In this document: positions 53,301 to 64,000 of the stretch, piece by piece | Layout of the letters: the number at the start of each line of letters is the position of its first letter | How positions within the stretch are numbered: position 1 is the stretch's first letter | From: Lingula anatina | Lineage: Eukaryota; Animalia; Brachiopoda | Assembly (NCBI GenBank): GCA_051362555.1 | Contig: CM120647.1 | Span: forward strand, 18,948,651 to 19,012,650 | Length of the DNA: 64,000 nucleotides | Direction of reading: 5' to 3' | Position numbers and translations under genes: made by a program | The notes under the pieces: generated by a model | Told to the model about the DNA's origin: nothing | The model's database searches: none | Seen by the model: only the letters and a program-made list of their open reading frames with translations

Positions 53301-54287
53301 TAAACTTTCCCCCAAATTATACCAGGGGCCGGTTACATTACAGGTTTCTTTGCTGGCACTCGTTTCTCCACTATAGGGGAAACACTGGACCACTGGAACA
53401 CTGAAGAGCTGTACTCCATCAGTAGAGTCGGGGCGGGCTTGGGGACCATCGTGGGAAATATTTTGGCAGGTGAGGCTATTTTGAATTGTAGTATTACTGT
53501 TACTACTTCTACTTGTACTACTACTACTACTACATGTACATGTACTACTACTACATCACTACTACTACTACTACTACTTATAATAATAATTACTATGATA
53601 ATATTCCTTTCTTGCAAGTTAATCATATTGGATCGCATAATAAAGTAAAACCTCGATGTCATTCTGGTTCCGTTAATTTATTGCTATGTGAATAAGGCTT
53701 ATTATAAGCCTACTTTGAGAAATAAATATACAATGTAGCTGCAGGTGTACTGGAAGTTTTGCCTGTCAGGATACACATTTTAAACACAAAAATATGAAAT
53801 TTGAGGAAATGATATAATCTTTAATATTCATTTTTCCTGAATGCAGATCATTTGCTCATTGTAATGGAAGTGCACAGAAACGACAGGCGTTTAAGAATAA
53901 CTGATCTGATGAAAACTTAAGTGAATTTGTAAAAATCCCCACTAACTATATGATTGTATCCGTTGTGCTACAGGTGCGCTGTACGACGTCACTGGATCTT
54001 ACAGAATATGTTTTGTCCTTAACCTTGGATTCTGCCTACTCGTCGCCATGTCCTTTGGAACTTTAGTAATTGTAAGAGAACGTTTCCTAAGAAGACGTGT
54101 TTTACATTCAGCAGGCGGAAAGGAGAGTTCATCACAAATACATGTACAACATGCTGAAAACGTAACATGGACGAAGAAACCGCGTCTTGAATTGCTATCA
54201 CGGTTTGCTCAAATACAACTTCAATATAATACTAAATCAGAAGAAAAAGCTCCACTGAAAAAAACAAACTCAGTACTGGAATATTAA
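50391..54287 (+). CDS. SLC16/monocarboxylate-transporter-like MFS protein, paralog B, 6 coding exons, 510 aa
   Basis: Exons 50391-50526, 50787-51089, 51780-52183, 52578-52809, 53326-53469 and 53974-54287; total 1533 nt. Intron positions and phases match paralog A. Confidence 0.92.
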
Positions 54288-56082
54288 ATGGGCGGCAGCT
54301 TGTCGCTGAAGTGAAGGGGTTTAATACATGTACCTCTATACAGGAAAATTATCTTTAAAAATAAAATATTAACTCAAGAATGAAGTACATCAAAGATAGA
54401 GACTACTTTGAATTAAAACAAGGTATACGTTACAATTTCTTAATCATTTAATGCAACAAAGTCGAAGAAAACCCCCAGCCCAAGGTGACAATTACAGCAA
54501 CTGATCCAGAGTTTGGAACACCCCTCCGAGACAATCCAGGGGCGGAACCAAGACTTTTCTGAAAGGTTTTCAAATGGTAATAAATTATGACTAGTCGTGG
54601 CCCATGAAAAATGTCCGCTCGTTTTAAACCTATATCCCTGGACTAATAAAATGCGTTTGTACTTTTTCATATGTTTTTTTCACTTTTTCCTTTTTGTTAA
54701 ACATATACGGAGTAGATAAGGATAAGAAGAGATAGGTTTTCTTATAAGCTGCTTTACACACCTTTTCCTCCCAACTATAAGAGAATTACAGGGTCGGAAC
54801 CAGGAATAACGTTGTGTCTTCAAAGGTTCAAAGGTTTATCTTAATCTAAGTAAATACACTGTAGCAGTATTTGTGCTAGCATGGGTTTACCCCCCACATT
54901 CGAATTCGAGACCAGTATCTTACACTAGCTTTACTTTTGGGAATTTATTAATCTACGTTCAGTTTGATATAAACGTATGTATATTGCTTTAGTTCCAGTT
55001 CGTGTCAATTTCCCAGTCGTTATAACCCGCCGGTAAAGGCCTCTATAGGTTGTAATTAAATTGAGTAAAAGCTAGACTTTAAACATGTAATTTTGTAACA
55101 ACCTACAGAGACCCCTGGTGGAAGGAAATTTATAATTGTATCTTTTACGCCCTATAAACGCGGTATTGGCCGATAACGTCGTTTAATAGGCAATTCACAT
55201 CCCCTGCCTATTTATACGTTTGTCATCCAGGCTTCTTGTTAATATTTAACCACGAAGAAGATGCTTGCAAATGCACGTGATCCTCTAACCGAGAAAGATA
55301 ATATAGCAGCTTTAGTATACAATAGTACCTGTAGACTAGTACTGTACTTGTTATCTTGTGAGGTATATTAGAACTTGTGAGGTATATTAAAACGGACACG
55401 TTTACCACAAGTGTAGCATAGTGACCTGTGAAGCGCGGATTGTCTCGTATTGGACAGTTGGAAGGAGAAAGCTGTTAGTATTGTAAGCCGGTGACGAGAA
55501 CCCAAGGGTCTGTGTAACAGAGGGTCCGCCCTCCATCAGATTCACAGGGGCCAGGGAGAGTATGACGTAAATGGGACAAAATTAAGGACAGAGCTCAGAT
55601 CTGTAGAAATCAAAGTGCGCCGGATCCTGCAACAAAATGGAATTATCTCGTACTTGTGCACGACACAGCTTAGACATATTTAGTGCATGCATATACCTAT
55701 AGCGGCCTCTCTGGCAAAAAGCTACTTCATCCTAATAACTCACGGAATCTCTTGGACTCCAAAAGTATAAGCGAAAGAGTGGGTGAAACATTTTGGTGAC
55801 CACTGAGGCACAATTGTGCTTCTCTTTTTATGAGATCTGTACTTTATTTCATTAACTCACAGAATTCCCATACGGCTAAACGGCTAAACGGCTAAACTAC
55901 TCGTATCTTTTTAAATCGCGTTCACGAGACCGTCTAGAAAGAACGGCGTGTCCGATAATGTATCCATGTACAGTTGTATCTCATATCTCACCAAGCTGGG
56001 GATCGCAGAACGGAGATAAATAGATAAGTATAATACACGAGGTACATTGTCGCTATAGACACCATTCCATCACTCAGAAAAT

Positions 56083-59000
56083 ATGGTTCGTGATGGTAAG
56101 AATATGGAGGGTGACAATGGGAAGTCTCCGTGTCTCCATCCTGAAGAGAAGGTTGAAGAAACCAGCAGATCTTATCAAGGCTTATCAAAGACGTTCTTAG
56201 TGATGAAAACCATTGTTATTACACTAGCTATGGGCTGTGAGGTAAAGTATTTTAGATTGGTAATGTTTGATATTAGGGCATGCATACAGTTGAACATAGG
56301 ACTGCATTTGGTAAAATAGAAAGTAAACGGTTCAAGTTCCTTAGATACTGAACGCGTTTTATCTATAACGCATGATGTTTCAGCCCGTCAACAAATGTAA
56401 AGTGCGTTCTATCTCTATGGGAATGATTTTTCCCGTTTTATCATCTTAACACAAAAGATGCTCAGCAAAGTTGCCTTGCTTTTTGGCAAGATTTACATGT
56501 ATGGTTTAGCAAAAACAGTATCAATTGAAAAGACCACAATACTTCCACGATTAAAATAAGATCATGATCCTCCACTTACAATTTTTCCCAGTCGTCAAAT
56601 GTGACCGTTCTTGTTATCATCTTTCCAGGGACTGATCCATGGGATGGTGAACCCCACCCTGTTGGACCTGGCATCTCTGTACCAGGTCGACTATGAGAAG
56701 ATATCTGACGGTCTGACAGGTCGCAGTGTGGGACTCTTCACCGCGGCTGTGGCAGGGGGCTATTTATATGATAGGTACTAGAAGGGGTGGTATCAAACAC
56801 ACTATTACCCACTGAGTCTGTATATATCTGTGTCTGGTAAAGCCCCCTTTACACTGGACGGAATTCTTTCTGCGTCCTGTAGTACGCCCCAGTTTGAGAA
56901 TAAAATAATAATAATAATAATAATAATTAACGTGCCGACAAATGGTCTATCATTGAATGTTGATTCTGCAACCAAAATGATGCTTGTGCGTCCTTTCTAA
57001 GAACAAAACGATGCCAGTTTTCATGGTCTCAGAGTGGACGAGGTCAAGTGAAAAGGGGGTTAAAACAGACCATCTGGGGCCTGGGTGGGCAGGCGGTGGG
57101 CTTATTGGGCAGATCGGGGCAGGGGTTAAATAATGTGGTCTTATTTAGGTCTCTGATAAGCGCCATATTGACTAGCCCTTTCACTGGCCCATGCAATGTG
57201 CATAAATAGCGCCTACTGTCTTTTTTGAGAATACATAGTCGAGACTATATGTCTGCTGTACTTGAGCCTATTCGAACTAAACTGGAGTTTATGATTTCAC
57301 TAGATTGGTTGGATTGTGTAATTAAAGGTCGCCCACTTTTTGTCCCTGTATATATATAAAAAAACTGCATTAGCCCACGACGAACCATATGCGTCCTCCC
57401 TGTGACCTTCATTTTAGCCCAGCTGGTATAACCCACAAAGAACCACCATGGAGCTCATGGACAAATCCATCTGGGACCCACATCACAACCCCATATGGGT
57501 CACATCTGGGTCCGTGTGTATTGATTGGGAAGTGACATTCGAAGCCAAGCTATATTGGTTATTATTATTATTTTTATTACATGCTAACTTTCCAGTCCTT
57601 AAATACTGGTCTTCACCAAAGAAGACATCTCTGATTCCCCTGTTGTAACTACGGTAAGTCGAATGCCATTTGACATGAAGAAAACCTTGACCTACTTCCA
57701 GGTTTCCAGACAAACAGGACATTCTGTTTGCCCTCAGCATGCTTTTATTGGGAGCTTCTACCGCCCTTATACCCTGGGCCAATGCCGTACCGCTTCTGGA
57801 TGTCTTGACCTTCTTGCAAGGGCTGGGATATGCTTTAACAGTGACAGGTATTTGTTAGACAGACACGTGGTATAGTTCATTGATATTCTAATAAAAAATG
57901 CGACCGTTACAATATTAACATAATGATATAAAATATGCTTACCAAGTTACCTGCATGCATGGGTGATCTACATGTATTACACAAGGGTTCTGTATATGGC
58001 CTAGATATTTTCTAAATCGCTACATTTTACCACAATCGAATATCGCATTCATGACATGAGGGGCGGATTTAGGCTGTCTTCTGGGTCTTCCAGAAAACGG
58101 TCAAATTTTCAAATTTACATTGACGGGTAACTAATTTTTTTTCTGTTGGAAGACGGTCAAAATCGGAGGATTAATAAACAAAGATAATTTGGAATACTGT
58201 CAGTAAATAGCTCTGGATCCGCATGTTTATTTAGAAAAAAAACTCCTATAAAAGGTGAAGTATATACTGTACACTAGTATAGACACTGTTTGTACAATTA
58301 TGGATCAGTCAGAGATTTGGTTACATTTTAGGAGGAAATCTGGCGTGTATTGAGATGTGGGGCAAATCGGCAATTATTCCTCTTCACATAACACACGTCG
58401 GAGTTGGGGCAGGGGAGACGGTGGCGCCTCTATTGGTCGAACCTTTTCTGGCGCCATTGTGTTCTCAGTATGGTAACACTACACCAGTGGATATGACGAC
58501 AGCCGCGTATGAAATCCTGAGAGATTATGAACTCCTTAATGAGAAGAAAAGAGGAGCAAACTCTACATTATGTGGACCAACAAGAATCCAGATACCATAC
58601 GCAGTGGCTGGTGGCATCAGTTGTACAGTCATGGTTTCTTTCTTGGTGCTATATTTATCTAATCCAAAGAGGGCAGTAGCTCAAAAGCGACCAACCACTG
58701 AAAGCAACGATGTGCACTGTAAAAGCGTCAAAGCCATCCTCAACCCTGCGTCTTACACAGGTGGTCGACTCTGCTTCGGCGTTCAGTTCCTCGCCTTATA
58801 CTTCTTTCTGCTATTCGCATATGAAGTGGCAAGAATTCCTTTAAATAGCTTTCTATACGCTATCGCAGTCGAAACCGATCTCCAGTTCACGGAACCCACG
58901 GCAACGCTTCTACTTACAGTCTTCGGGGCCGCATACGCTCTGGGAAAAGTCGTCCCTCTTTTTCTGTATCCTTGCGTATCAATACAAGCCATCTTCGTGG

Positions 59001-59392
59001 TAGAACCGATTTTAGTTATAACATTTCTTTTACTGTTCACTTTCTTGGGACTTCAGAGCCAGTCTATGTACTGGGTATTTACGTGTATTTGTGCTGTTGC
59101 TACAGCGCCGCTGTTTTCAACTGCCTTATCGTGGGCCAATGAATATATCAAAGTCGGGGCAGCCATTTCTGCATTGTCAACCATTGGATCCTCTCTTGGA
59201 GGTATAGCAGGACAGCCATTGGCTGGATACGTTTATCAGTTTTACGGAGCCCCACCCTTACTGTATATGGCGAGTGGGTGTGCAGCTCTCTCGATGGTTC
59301 TCGTGATAACTTTACAGGCGGTTGCCACGTGTAATTCAAACTCCACGTGGTCACAAAATGATGTTGGTTCTAAGGAGTCACTGATTAATTGA
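56083..59392 (+). CDS. MFSD4/NaGLT1-like MFS transporter, 4 coding exons, ~503 aa
   Basis: Exons 56083 (or 56104)-56241, 56629-56774, 57702-57847 and 58332-59392; GT-AG introns, phases 0/2/1, total 1512 nt. Motifs: NPTLLDL, GGYLYDR, LIPW, GGN..EMWG, APLLVEPFL, SWANEY. Confidence 0.88.
56841..57060. mobile_element. Intronic MITE
   Basis: Ends GCCCCCTTTACACTGGAC / GTCAAGTGAAAAGGGGGT with TAA flanks. A homologous left-end fragment lies at ~48862-48906. Confidence 0.65.
58059..58222 (+). mobile_element. Second copy of the 27462-27629 element, in MFSD4-like intron 3
   Basis: Colinear similarity over the whole length (aggggcggatttaggc..tcttctgggtcttcc..ctctggatccg). Confidence 0.8.
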
Positions 59393-59589
59393 TTTGTATA
59401 TATACTCGAGAAACACCTGTGTGGTTATCAAGATGTTAATTTCATAAACACAGCCAAATTTCGAAGCACAAATATGGCACTGGTGATCTGTTCTGCTGGT
59501 ATGAAACGATACTCAAAATCACAAACTGAGCTGCATATTTATTTAAACCTATTTACTAATCTTTATTACTTTATATGTCTGTCTGACTG

Positions 59590-59633
<44 letters not shown>
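59590..59633. repeat. (CTAT)n microsatellite
   Basis: Tetranucleotide run. Confidence 0.9.
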
Positions 59634-59634
<1 letters not shown>

Positions 59635-62600
59635 TGCTTTAGTTATTAACAAGTGAAGCTGTGTTATATTGTGAGTTGCAACTGTTTCATATATTTGAAG
59701 CCAATGTTTGTCTTTGGCGTATAGAATTTTTAAGATATAAAACTACACAGAAGGAACCGTTTGACGAATTTTCTAATTCTCGCCCCCCCCCCTAAAAACA
59801 AAAAAAAAAAAAAAAACAAAAAAAAAAAACAAAAAAAAAAAAAAAAGAAAGAAAGAAAAGGGATTTTTTTTTATTACAAAAGCCCTGGGTCCGCCAGTGA
59901 AGTAATTATATGTTCCAACGTCGCCTTTATTCACAATATGTTCATAATAACATTCTTCATCTGTAGTATATGCCTCAAATGTACATCTCTCTCTCTCTCT
60001 CTCTCTCTCCATATACAGCTGTATGAAATGACCCCCTACATTATGCATGCTGTGGCAGTGACAGCAAAGAAATCAAAGGAAAGAAAATGCCATGTATTCG
60101 GCCGCTCCCTCATACATTGCTATGTCGCATGCCGAGAGCTATTTAACAGTCGCATGAAAACCCGTCCTCTTCCAGTATAACGTGCGTAAATGCATTAGAC
60201 TCAAACCAGCAGCCTCCATTTAAATAGAAATTCCTCATGTAAAGGAATGAAAACGAGGTCGCTATGTGGAGTCGTTTATCTAGTGAGGACCCACGAGTCA
60301 TGGATTAAGGCCATATGCGTACAGAAATACACGCTCGTTCGAATGGTCAGGTGACAACAGTCGGAACAGCATTCTCACGAGTAAGTATAGCCACCATGCT
60401 GTTAAACGTAAAACGTTTAAAAGACTACACTGTGGGCACATACTGTGGTGATAAATATGGAGGACGTCAGACCAATGTAACACATACACCATATGTGTGG
60501 TCTGCAGCACAGTGCTGAACGGGGAAGATTGGGGGTGGGGGTAGTGGACACATACTCCCCTTATTTTCGGAGGTACCCCCTTTTCAGCTTTTTCTTCTTG
60601 CAAATGTCAGTTAAACAAGTGAAATGAGACTAAATATACCAAGTATATGGCACTAAAACTGTCCCTTTTTACAGTAGTTATAATCACAAATTATATCCCT
60701 CCTCCCTCAACTGTAGCATGCTGTTTTGATAAAACAGATACTCGTAGACCTATCATTTTGACTCATGTCACTGTTTAATCGGTGCATGTTGTTGTAAACT
60801 ATGCAGGCATCAATATCATTCTATGCAGATTTTACGATCTCAGGTGCATGGGGGATTTAATTGTTTCGTAGTCTCTCTGTTTTGTTTATGATGCTCTCTA
60901 ATTTGCATCTGCGAACTCTGACCATTCACCTCTACATGTACATGTGACCCATGTCTTCTATCTAGATATTCACATCTGATAGAAACTATTTGCGGTTAGT
61001 ATTGTTTTTTATGTTTATAATCCAAAATAAGCCTTATTTGCCTGGCTTTATTAATATTTATAGCTATATGAATCGCGTTAATTCGCAGGAATAGAGAAAA
61101 AGAGCTATGCTTGAAATTATGATGTGCATTCGCTCGTTATGTCAGTACCAGCTAGTGCGTACGCGTGCTTGGACGAATTCTTCAAAGCGTGTGCTCGGGT
61201 AGAGTCAAAGTCTCGTGGGTTTTGTGGTGTGTGGGTGTGTGTGTGTGTACATACAGTGTGTGTGTGTGTGTGTGAGTGAGTGAGAATGTGTTACGGTATA
61301 TGTGCGCATTTGTATTGCGTATTCATGTGTGTGTGTGTGCGCATTGTATAAGGGATTGAACACCACTGCTCTCATGAACTTATATACATGTACCTGGATC
61401 CTTCATATCTTATAATGAATACGGTCCATTTTTATTGCCAATACAAGTGAATGTCCATGAATATTAATAAGCTTAGAACAAAGAGGTGCGCACCCACGTG
61501 CCTTTGTTTTATATTGATTTTCTGTCACACCGCTTACTGGTAAAAAAAGACGTTTGGTCTTAATTTGGATATAAATAACAGATGTCACAGGAGATCCGGT
61601 TTATTGTATATCCAGTTATTATGGTTATCATTCAATGACTCTTCCCTCCGTTTTTTTAGGCTGTGCAGCATATGGCCCCGTACGGTACAGAGTAGTGTAA
61701 CATTAAGAAAAATATCATTGCGTATAATTTGAATATATGGATAGCCATATATACCACTGTTGATGACCCGAGCCTATAGAACATACACAACAGGACTTTT
61801 TTATTTTTATGACGAGAGACCAGACAAACGTTTGTCAACCAGAAGTTGGCTGGTCCTCTATTGGTTCGACTTGGGTGAAGGACTCAACCTGTATACAGGT
61901 CGCCAGAGACTGGCTTTGCGTGATTTGATCCCATTGTTTGGCAATTTATAAGACTCGTCACATGGTTGTTTGGCGGGTGTATTTGTAGCGCCTGGAGGGC
62001 AAAAACACAATTAACAAAAAAGCTCAATAAGTACGAATGCGTTTTTTTTTTTTTAGTTTTAGCTGGGTCACATCCAGGGCGCAGTGATTATACAAATTTT
62101 GTTGGCTGCCTTTTTTCGCTTACCCTAACATGAAATCCAAAACTTTAAATTTATGCTGATGTATATGGATCATCGTTTTAATAGCCATGTTTTTATACCT
62201 CTATTCCAGCCAAATATATGTAATGCGCTTAATATGACAAGTGAATGTATCAGGCTTATCCTGCAAAACATGCCGCAGGCCATTTACAGGGTATACAGTG
62301 TAACGTCGTTGATAAGTGCCACCGTCTTGTAACCTTATTAGTAGATTAGAATGAGTGTTGTCAGTTACGTACAGTAATACATGTAGTATAAGGTGTTATA
62401 TAAAGTTGATTATTTTGTTTTCGTTTCCGTTGCAGTCCTGGGAGGTTTTATCTACATAAAATGTGATATATATATGCATATCTGTAATGTTCTATGTTAA
62501 ACCGTTCAGGAATGGACTTAAACATGAGCTACGGCACTAAATGCCATTTGCTCTCACTTTAATCAATGTTTGAACAATAATTGAAAGCCTTCTGGATTAA

Positions 62601-62720
62601 CTGCGACCTCATTTTCAGTGTCATCCACATTACCCCAGTGATTTGTTTCTCATTCACTTTATTAATCTTTTAAAGAGGGCTCAGCACAAAGTAGACGAGA
62701 CTGGTTAAGTGCAGTAAAAC

Positions 62721-64000
62721 ATGAGGATGAGGCGTTGGTGGATTCTTCTGATTGTGTTAGTTGCGCTGTGCGCTGCTATCAGCATTTTGTGGATGTGCGG
62801 CGAGAGACTGGCGAGGCTGAAAGGTAAGATATATATACCTTGGATGTGTGTGTGTGTGTGAGTGTGTGAATATTGGCATTAGTGCTAAGAGTCTATGCTT
62901 TGTCATCATTGCTTAAAAGATAAGGAAAATCAACCGTTAGAAAACGTCAAGATACAAAAACGGAGGATAGAACTCAGTGTATTTATTGTTTACTACCTTT
63001 TAAAAGATACATATTTCATTTGATATAAAAGAAAAAAAAATGATTATTGAAATTCTAAACAATCAATTCTGTAAATGTATTTTGTCTTTCTGAGGTAACC
63101 TGTTTGCAATACACGCACGTAATACATGTACATGTAATATTTGTTTCTTTGCCTTTAAACCATGTTCAGTATTTTACCATTTATATATTTTTTCTTATAT
63201 CAGCTCATCTGCCTTTGATTGGGCCTGCAAAAAGTCGAGAGCTGCAAAAGCCTTTGAAAGCTAACAGTGCCTTGAAATACTTGGGTAAACCCAGTCAAGC
63301 ATCCGTGTTAAATGTAAAATTTGAAACAATTAAACACCCCAGTGTCGACACCAGGAAGTCACCAGTAAACTCCAAAAACGATTTAATAATCGTTACAGCT
63401 TCAGACAAAGACAGCTTCAATTCACTCTCAAATCTGGTGGGTTCCATCCACTTTTGGGAGCCAAAGACAAAAATCATCATTTACGACATTGGATTGGATG
63501 AAAAACAGCGGCACCAGATCCGGAAGTGGTGCATGACGTCACTGGTGTCCTTCGATTTCTCCAGGTACCCAAAACATGTGAAATCTCTGAAACAGCGAGT
63601 GGTAAAACCCATCATTCTAAAAGAAGTCTTGGAAACCCACCACCGCGTTCTTTGGATGGACCCCGAGACTGATGTGCGGGGATCACTAACCGTGATCAGG
63701 GAGCACCTGGAAAGAGACTTGAATTTCTATCTACTTGACCAAGACAAAGACATGAGAAAGCGTTCCCACAAGGGGACGTTCAAATATTTCCATAAGAAAA
63801 AGAAGGCATTTAAAGCCAAATCCTCTTTCTCTGAGCTCGTGAGCGGATGGGTGAAAGGTAGCGAAGCTCACCGGAAGATTCTACTCACGTGGGAGAGGTG
63901 TGCACGTGACATCAACTGCGTGGCGCCCCCTGGGTCCAATGCACGAAACCACCGCTACACGCAAACCGCGTTGTCAATTTTGACTTACTCCTCGCGCATG
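62721..64000 (+). CDS. DUF1647-like type II membrane protein (putative glycosyltransferase fold), 3'-partial
   Basis: Exon 62721-62823 encodes the signal anchor MRMRRWWILLIVLVALCAAISILW and ends at a phase-1 donor. Exon 63204->64000 is open to the window end: IVTASD, GSIHFWEP..IIIYDIGL, FDFSRYPKHV, KPII.KE.L, VLWMD, H.GTFKYF, WERCA.DINCVAPPGS..NHRYTQTALSIL. It is absent from the ORF track because no stop is reached. Confidence 0.85.

Noticed and set aside
60330-60520. Minus-strand RENAVPT resembling a THAP domain AVPT box
   Set aside because: The upstream C2CH residues cannot be recovered, leaving a single short motif.

Overview
AT-rich, intron-containing animal genomic DNA. The gene and transposon content suggests a marine invertebrate, possibly a mollusc or other lophotrochozoan, but the species cannot be determined from the window. 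(1) Bases 1-16653 are a higher-order tandem array of ~6-kb units. Each unit holds diverged ~350-390-bp satellite monomers, a decayed LINE 3' end and a conserved minus-strand signal-peptide-like exon. One unit carries a 1.66-kb Tc1/mariner fossil and another a PIF/Harbinger-type MITE. (2) Bases 16.8-21.4 kb are a non-coding tandem duplication. (3) Six spliced genes can be reconstructed with consistent GT-AG sites and reading phase: a 4-exon SDR (minus) resembling a bacterial SDR subfamily; two 6-exon SLC16/MCT-like paralogs (plus); between them a ~1670-aa acidic-repeat plus somatomedin-B-like surface protein (minus); a 4-exon MFSD4-like transporter; and a DUF1647-like type II membrane protein that runs off the right edge. 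(4) A BEL/Pao retrotransposon fossil at 25.4-30.2 kb is interrupted by nested DNA elements. The most notable observations are direct evidence that the over-represented palindrome TACATGTA arises by 6-nt insertion at TA sites (transposon-footprint-like, sometimes inside coding frames), the triplicated candidate first exon hidden in the satellite array, and the 7TM-less GPCR-type ectodomain on a His-periodic acidic stalk. All family assignments rest on motif recognition by eye, not on database searches.
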